From: the human T2T-CHM13v2.0 reference genome, Homo sapiens
DNA: 64,000 bases
NCBI RefSeq assembly: GCF_009914755.1
Contig: NC_060934.1
Reading direction: 5' to 3' (one strand)
The notes beneath the pieces are model-generated. The model was not told the DNA's origin and did not search any database. It was given only the letters and a program-made list of their open reading frames with translations. A program made the position numbers and the translations under genes. This document shows positions 56,823 through 64,000 of this stretch, in pieces; the stretch's first letter is position 1; the number at the start of each line of letters is the position of its first letter.

Positions 56823-57178
56823 GGATGAACCTTGAAGCCGTTATGCTAGGTGAAAGAAGCCAGACCCCAAAGGCCACTTACTGTATGATTCCATTGAAAT
56901 GAAATGCCCAGAACAGGGAAATCTAAAGCGACAGAAAGTAGATTAGTAATTCCAAGGACTGGAGGTGGGGAAAAGGGCAGGGAGACTACATGTGACTGCA
57001 AATGGGCACAGGGTTTCTTTCTCAGGCGAGAAATGCTTGGAAATTACACAGAAGTGATGGTTGTATAACCTTGTAAATATGCTAAAAACCACTAAATTAT
57101 ATACTTTAAAGTGTAAAATGTATGTTTCTGAGGTTATATATAATTTATAATGTATGAATTATATCTCAATTAAAAAAA
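56823..57178 (+). mobile_element. L1MB-type 3' end
   Basis: ggatgaaccttgaagccgttatgctaggtgaaagaagccagac...ctaaaaaccactaaattatatactttaaa...gaattatatctcaattaaaaaa. Confidence 0.85.
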
Positions 57179-57867
57179 GAATTTTGGACACCAAAAAAAA
57201 ATCAATGATCAATCAAAAATGAAAAATCCATCTAAGTTATTGTTGAAGTCATGGACTTGAGTGAGTTTCCCCAGGGAAAGTCAGAAAAGAAAAATTAATC
57301 AATTATGACTTTATTATAAAAATCTTAAGTCGTCTTTGAAAGTAGCCAAGATATAAACAAACAAATAAATAAACACAATGCTTTCCTTATCTTTTGGAGA
57401 ACTTGAATTCTTTCCAAGTATCTGTTAACCCCTTCATAATTTATTACGACAGGCTTGGTGAAAACTGTATCCCACAAAACCAAAACTGGCAGGATTCAGC
57501 CCTTGCTTAGCCAGCAAGACTTGCCCCAGTACTTGCTGGGATGCCCCATTTAGCTTATGACAAATGTCCATCTGTGATTGGCAAGTTGGAATCTCATTCA
57601 TTTATATTCTAATTTCAGTGTAACAGCTTATTCATTTAACTATGGGTTAGTATCCCCACTAGGAGCTCTTAGCACTTCAAAACAGTGATTACCAAGTGCT
57701 CTCCATTGTTTAGAATTAGCATCTAGCTAAGCGTTGGCTATGTAGGAAAGACAGTGGGTGCTGGCTAATTATTAATACATGGACATGCAAGTTATGCAGG
57801 TGGACTTCTTGAATTTAAGGCTGTAATTTTATTAGTGAATACCCATTAAATGCAATATGCCTTAGAA

Positions 57868-58061
57868 CAGTGGATTTTGCCCACCTTTCACTCCATGACA
57901 TTTGGCAATATCTGGACACAATTTTAATTATCAAGAATGGACTATTTCATCTAGTGGTAGAAACCAGGGATGCTGTGGTAGGTCCCAAAATGCACAGAAC
58001 GCCCCCTCACAACATATTATCCAGACTAATACGTCCATAGTGCCAAGGTTGAGAAACTCTG
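57868..58061 (+). mobile_element. MER20 hAT DNA transposon
   Basis: cagtgg...gacatttggcaatatctggacacaatttt...catctagtggtagaaaccagggatgctg...atagtgccaaggttgagaaactctg; 8-bp TSD ccttagaa/ccttaaat. Confidence 0.88.
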
Positions 58062-59634
58062 CCTTAAATTAATGTTGGCATATAGTAGCCATAATATTAA
58101 CAGAAAACCATCCATGTTTCAGAATCATACGTGAGTCAGTCTGGTGTAATGATTTGTCGTAATGAGATCAGATTGGGGCAGGACATATGCACACTCTTAC
58201 CAATCTTTTCAAAGCTTGCACATTAAAAAGCCATGACATACATTTTAAATAGCCCAGACGGCACTACAGAAAACACACGCGTTACCTCATCAGGTGTTTT
58301 TTCTTTTTGCTGCCGCTCTCACATCGTCTCCATCCACATCACAGGCTGCAGAACAAGGGGGAAAGTATGACAAGCAAGAGACAATCCCCTTCATCCCAGA
58401 TCTGCGGGCAGATCCTCAACCAAGGCCGATCAACGTGCAAAAAGCAAACAGAAATCATGCGCGTTTTATTTTTTTTTCTCTCTATTCATTTAAACTGTAA
58501 AAGAAGAAGCTGGTAAAATGAGTCTCTGGCTGGCCAAAGTTTGGCACATCTGTAAAAGTGTCACCTCGTTATATGGGTTTATTATGAACATGAAATCAGC
58601 TTAATTAATCTTAGCCATTAGAGCTATAAAAATTCTTCCCAATAGGATTTCCCATAAGCCCTGGGGCTGATGTAAGGCTAATTTAATCAGTTAACTACCT
58701 TCCTCCTGAGCTAGAACCCCGTGACCTTCTAGTCATGTCCCCCTTCTCAATAAAGAATCAGAGAATGAGCATTCAGACCATGAATGGGTAGAAGCAGAAA
58801 GATGACAGAAATGCACTCTGTTTCATGTTCTACAAAGATAATCCATCACGCGGAGTTTCAGCTCCTTCGGAATGGAGCAGTCTGCCTGCTTTCCAGCCCT
58901 TAGGGCCCAGCAGGATTTTCAATATTTCTCCTCCAATTTTCTGTCAACTGAGATAAGGCAGGGTGTGAATGCTGACAGTTTGGAGACTTAAGAAAAAGCC
59001 TTTTTCCATGAACCAGCCACATTTCTGAGCTTCTCTTCCTCTGTTGAAGCCATTTGGCTGGGGCCTGCTCGCTTTCAGGACAGAGAAATGGGACGACCTG
59101 GGGTTCAGGTTTTTTTCCAAAGAAGGAAGAGGGGGTAGCTGCAGACTCTGATTTTAATTTATCTTTTTTTAAAAATTTTTACCCATGTGACCACCAGCTG
59201 TTCAACACAGTGTTTTATAAATATGAAAACAAATAGTAGAACTAAAAGACTAGTGGTTCCACTCACAGCTGGCCATCAGTGACCCAAGAAATTGGAAGTC
59301 AACTGCTTATAAAGAAAAAAATGCTAACTGCTAAATAGATTTAAAGGTAAATCCAAATCCCATGTCAATTTATCAAGATGAAACACACGAATATGCATTC
59401 TTTAGATAAGAAAAGGATTCCAAGAGGCTCATTACTTCCTTTATTAATCCAAAATAGTCCCAGCAAATCTGCGATTGGCAAAAGGTTTTGATAAACACCG
59501 TAGAAAACACAGAGATGAAACAATATAGCTGCTTATGAGGAGGATAGTGTCATTTGGAAATATTCATGTATCCATAAGGAATTATAGCATAAGGTAGAAA
59601 AAAAGGTGATAAGAGAAACAAAATCTTTCAGCTA

Positions 59635-59820
59635 CTTTCACAGCTTGCAGAATAAAGTCCAGATCCCACAGCCTACCTACAAAACTCTTGATGATTTGGC
59701 TCCTGGCTCCATTGCTGGTCTTATTGCCTGACACTTCCCTACGTGCTCCATTTGCATTGACCAAAATGAACTACTACCAGCAGGCTTTTGAACCTAACTT
59801 TTCCCTTTCATCTAATCAAC
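59635..59820 (+). mobile_element. L2 fragment (continues at about 60446-60650 after the Alu pair)
   Basis: cagaataaagtccagatcccacagcctacctacaaaactcttgatgatttggctcctg. Confidence 0.55.
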
Positions 59821-59847
59821 TCTCTTTTTTCTTTAAAGATAATAGCT

Positions 59848-60135
59848 TGCCAGGTTCACGCCTGTAGTCCCAGCACTTTGGGAGGCCGAGGCGGGCAGAT
59901 CACTTGATGTCAGGAGTTCAAGACAAGCCTGACCAACATGGTGAAACCCTGTCTCTGCTAAAAATTCCAAGATTAGCAGGGCATGGTGGCACATGCCTGT
60001 AATCCCAGCTACTCAGGAGGCTGAGGCAGGAGAATCACTTAAACCCAGGAGGCGGAGGTTGCAGTGAGCCGAGATCATGCCACTGCACACCTGCCTGGGA
60101 GACAGAGCGAGACTCTGTCTCAAAAAAAAAAAAAA
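59848..60135 (+). mobile_element. Alu, AluS-type, inserted at the tail of an opposite-strand AluJ
   Basis: gttcacgcctgtagtcccagcactttgggaggccgaggcgggcagatcac...gagcgagactctgtctc and poly(A); likely TSD aaagata (59835-59841, 60159-60165). Confidence 0.94.
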
Positions 60136-60158
60136 TACAATACAATACTATACTATAA

Positions 60159-60445
<287 letters not shown>

Positions 60446-60893
60446 TTACCTAATCAAATATCTGCCTTCAAAACACATGCCAAGCCTCACTCTTGTAGAA
60501 AACCTACCATGATCACTCTCTTCTGGGCCACCTCTGCAGCCTGGGCTTGGCTTTGTCATTGTACTTGTCATACTATAAACACAATTTCATTTGTTTCCTC
60601 AACTTAGTCCTTGAATGTCTATCCCAGACTCTGAGCAGTGAGTGAACACAGAGAATAAGGAGAGTATAAGAGATTTTATATATCAGTCAAATTGTATCTA
60701 AAAGAAGGTAGGATTTGCATATTCAGAGGTCAGCGAAGTGCATTCCACCCAGATGGATGGAATAAGGGTGAAAGCAAAGTGATATACAGGATGGAAGCTA
60801 GTGCAGGTACAGTGCCTTGCTCCCTTCCTAGGATTAAATGGAATATTGATTTCTCCTGGGATATGAATGGGATAAAAATTGCTCCTTTCCTAA

Positions 60894-60994
60894 GATTAAA
60901 TGGGATATTAGTAAAGCAGCTCATACAGGACATTGCTCCCAAGTGCAAGGGGCAATTCACTGTATGAGCTGCTTTACTAACATCCTATTTAATC
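60894..60994. other. MIR-derived long inverted repeat (pre-miRNA-like hairpin)
   Basis: Arms 60894-60928 and 60960-60994 complementary at 33/35 positions; inner stem attgctcc/ggggcaat; 9-nt loop. Confidence 0.85.
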
Positions 60995-62715
60995 CTCACA
61001 GTAGCAAAGAGCCAATAATATGTCTGGGCATAGTACTCACCCCCCAGTGGAATAATGGAAGTATAAATGGAAAAAGTAAATTGGGGCCATATTCTGAAAG
61101 GATGGCTCTGATCAGGAACATTACCCACCCCTAGGGATCTTTGGAAATACCTGGTTGGCAGAGTGACAGGAAAACCATGTACCCTAAACATTCTGCAAAG
61201 TGCAGGCCAATCCCTCCCAGTGCAGGGTTGCCTAGTTGAAATGTCATGAGAGACCAACTGAATCTCCTTAAAGGCTTTCAAAGTCAGGCTAAGGAGTGGG
61301 AATATTGTTTGGTAGCTAAGGGGAGTGACTGAGGGTTTCATAGCAGGAGCAACATATATGGAGAACCAAATCCTTACCTCTTCCACCTCTCTATGAGGCT
61401 CTGGTCATCCCAGGGGTAATCCAAGTAGCAATGGCCATGAAAATGGAATTACTCACTTAATCCTTCTCAAGTGTCACTGAGGATCAAAGCACCCTGGCCA
61501 AGAACGCCTTTGGAAACTTGCTCCATGATATTCACCCCACCCCATGTGTGCTGTGTGAACAATTTGAAGCCCCAGCAGGAATACTTCTTGAGCTGCTCAA
61601 GCTTTTCAGAAAGATTAAGCTTGATTTCAAAAGAAAAAGAAAACAGTTTGCTTGACTTTGAGTTGAGATTGAAATTGAAAAACGGTTTTATTGCTTTTGG
61701 AAAGGACTTCAAATGAGCAACTTTTCAAAAAGAATACATCATTAAGCGGATGTTAGAAATTGAACCCAGTTCCAGAAATGTTACAACAATAATGGTTTAA
61801 TTGTACCATTGGTCCCGAGTGGCCCTGCCAAGAGATATAGTCATTAGCCTTCCAGTGCGAAACACGGTAATATTCCAAGCCTCTGATACAAGAAGAGCAG
61901 GACCTCAGTGGTGTTTCTGAAGTAATTAGAGACTGCATATTAGTTGGAGGAACAGTCCTGAATGCCTCAGGTCTGGACACTTAACAGTGGAAACTTCAAA
62001 AGTAATGGCTATGTTCCTCTAACTTATGACTCAGAAAATGGGGCTGAACACGAGAATCAGGAGAATAATTTAGTAATTGGACCATTTTTGGTGGACAAAT
62101 TGATACCTCAGAGGGGCCCTGATGGCCCATTTTTAATGACGCTGTGAGGCAATATAAACCTCACACATCTGCACACTGAAGATATAAAATATTCCACCTG
62201 GGGAAAGCAAATGGCAGGCGCTACATTCCAGGATTTTATACCCTAGGCTAGATTTTGCATTTTGCATTTGTCCAAATCATGACATTCTGTCATGATTTCA
62301 ACTATTTTCATTGGTTCTTCACATCACCTACTGCTAGTTATTTATTTATCTGGGTTTGGAAGGGAGCTCTGAAATAAAAATTGTTAATGTCCTTTTATGC
62401 CCACCTGAATCCCGGTAACAACAGCTGGCCCAGCCAGCTGCAAAATATGTGCTAATGACTTGAGCTGGGTGAACTGGGAGAGGATTATAGATGTGAATTT
62501 CTGTAGTTAAGAAGTCAGATTTCCTTTTCTTGCCTCTCTTATTAAAGGCCTTTACCTCTCTTTGCAGATGTGAATAATACTGAATTTGTGGAATCCTCAG
62601 CATGATGCTAAAAGAAGACCTTTCTTTTCATTCAGATGTCCCAAATCAGAGAGTGGCAAAATAAAAACGAAATGAAGACTGGTTTTGATGGGATTACTTA
62701 GCTACATTAAGATTA

Positions 62716-62908
62716 ATGTTGCCAGAAAAGCATAGTTACATTTGAACTTAAGATCCACAAAGAATGTCTTAGTATAAAGTGTGCCACATGCAACATTTGT
62801 CCAATTATTGCATGAAACGTACTTGTACTTAAAATCTCTTTGTTGCATATCTAAAATTGAGATTTGACTGGGTGACATGTATCTTTGTTTGCTAAATCTG
62901 GCAACCAG
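62716..62908. mobile_element. MER53 palindromic hAT MITE
   Basis: TIRs gttgccaga.../...gctaaatctggcaacc; internal cttagtataaagtgtgccaca...attgcatgaaacgtacttgtacttaaaa matches recalled MER53. Confidence 0.8.
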
Positions 62909-63574
62909 AATTAGGATAAAAAGTTGAACAAAGATATTCATTCAATTCTCAAATTCCAATGTGTTGAAATGGAATGGTCATGCCATTATTAACCACAGCA
63001 AAAGCATAATGTTCTAAAATTTATATGTAGCTTGAGGCAAATTTGGGTATTTATATTTGAACATGAGTATTCAAATCTGTTTTCTAGGAATTCACATCAC
63101 TAAAAACTGTCATAAGGCCCCTGCAAGAACTGAATGTTGTCAATGTTTCCTCATACTCAGCTTCTTCTCCCATTCAATTATCCCAAGAACATCTACGGAC
63201 TCTTTCTCAAACTAATAGAATGCACGAATCTAAGCAGGAAAATGCCTGTTTGCCAGCCTTTCCAGAACTTACAGCTGAATTCCATTTCTAAGGTTTAAAT
63301 AGGATTTTTTTCCCTTACTACAGTCTACACTTAAAGTCTAGTAAAAGTAGATAAGTAGATTGTATATAATTTGGCATCAACCAGGACGCAGTGCAACAAT
63401 TGCCAGTATGAATGTGGAAGGAAAAAAAAGTGAATAAAAAATATCCTATGGGTACATCGAAATTTCAATAGTCTGTGAAAATGAAGTATTGGCTTTGGTC
63501 TCCCGTGGTATGTCATGTAGCTGTGTGCCTCTAAAAAAGCAGAGGGGAAAATGCCATCACCTACTGGAACCTGT

Positions 63575-63646
63575 ATATCTCCTATCTTACGATGGGCTAG
63601 TTGGCTCATGATATCTCCTATCTTATGACGGGCTAGTTGGCTTATG
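63575..63646. repeat. 36-bp tandem duplication
   Basis: atatctcctatcttacgatgggctagttggctcatg followed by atatctcctatcttatgacgggctagttggcttatg (33/36 identical). Confidence 0.95.
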
Positions 63647-64000
63647 AACAGAAACACAAGACGGCATGTACGGAAATCAACAAGCATGGTTTTTAAACCT
63701 TCCCTGAACATCCTGAAGACGGTCACAAAGATTGAAACACAGGGCCGTGATGCCAGGAAAACTGGATCGCCACAAATTCTGTCTCTTGAAGTTAGGAAGT
63801 CGTAGCATTGCAATGCAAAGCAACGTGAACTGTCTGTGGTGCTGGTTGACTTGTACCCTAGTCAGTTACACATGGTAAGATCCAGCAGACAGTGTAAACA
63901 GTGTTTACCAACCATATCTCCTCAAGATGTTGTGGACAGAAGCTACAGCTGTGGCTTTTGAAGGACTCAGATGAAAGCCTGAAGATTTCAGAGCAAAGTT

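Noticed and set aside
63331-63813. Longest ORF (160 aa, minus)
   Set aside because: No recognisable domain, non-ATG start, composition typical of AT-rich non-coding DNA; the repeated peptide comes from the in-frame 36-bp duplication.

Overview
Primate (very probably human) non-coding genomic DNA: AT-rich, CpG-poor and repeat-dense. I can support no protein-coding exon; the recognisable ORFs are read-throughs of Alu, L1, MaLR or microsatellite sequence. The window holds 12 Alus, several L1s (a 3.1-kb L1PA with an odd 5' junction, a twin-primed inverted L1PA, a short young L1PA, old L1M fragments), a near-full-length ancient L2 with nested insertions and local self-copies, about 13 solo LTRs (MER39, MER51-like, MER57, THE1, MST, MLT1, MLT2, LTR16) and hAT DNA transposons (MER102, MER119-like, MER20, MER53). 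The best leads are: (1) a minus-strand MER57 LTR with promoter motifs, retained CpGs, an apparently broken poly(A) signal and a perfect splice donor 40 bp downstream, a candidate LTR-driven lncRNA first exon; (2) a 101-nt near-perfect MIR-derived hairpin at 60.9 kb resembling a nascent pre-miRNA; (3) repeated traces of template switching (fold-back hairpins, a templated insertion, local duplications). Repeat subfamily names come from recalled consensus sequences and need RepeatMasker/Dfam confirmation. The genomic locus was not identified.
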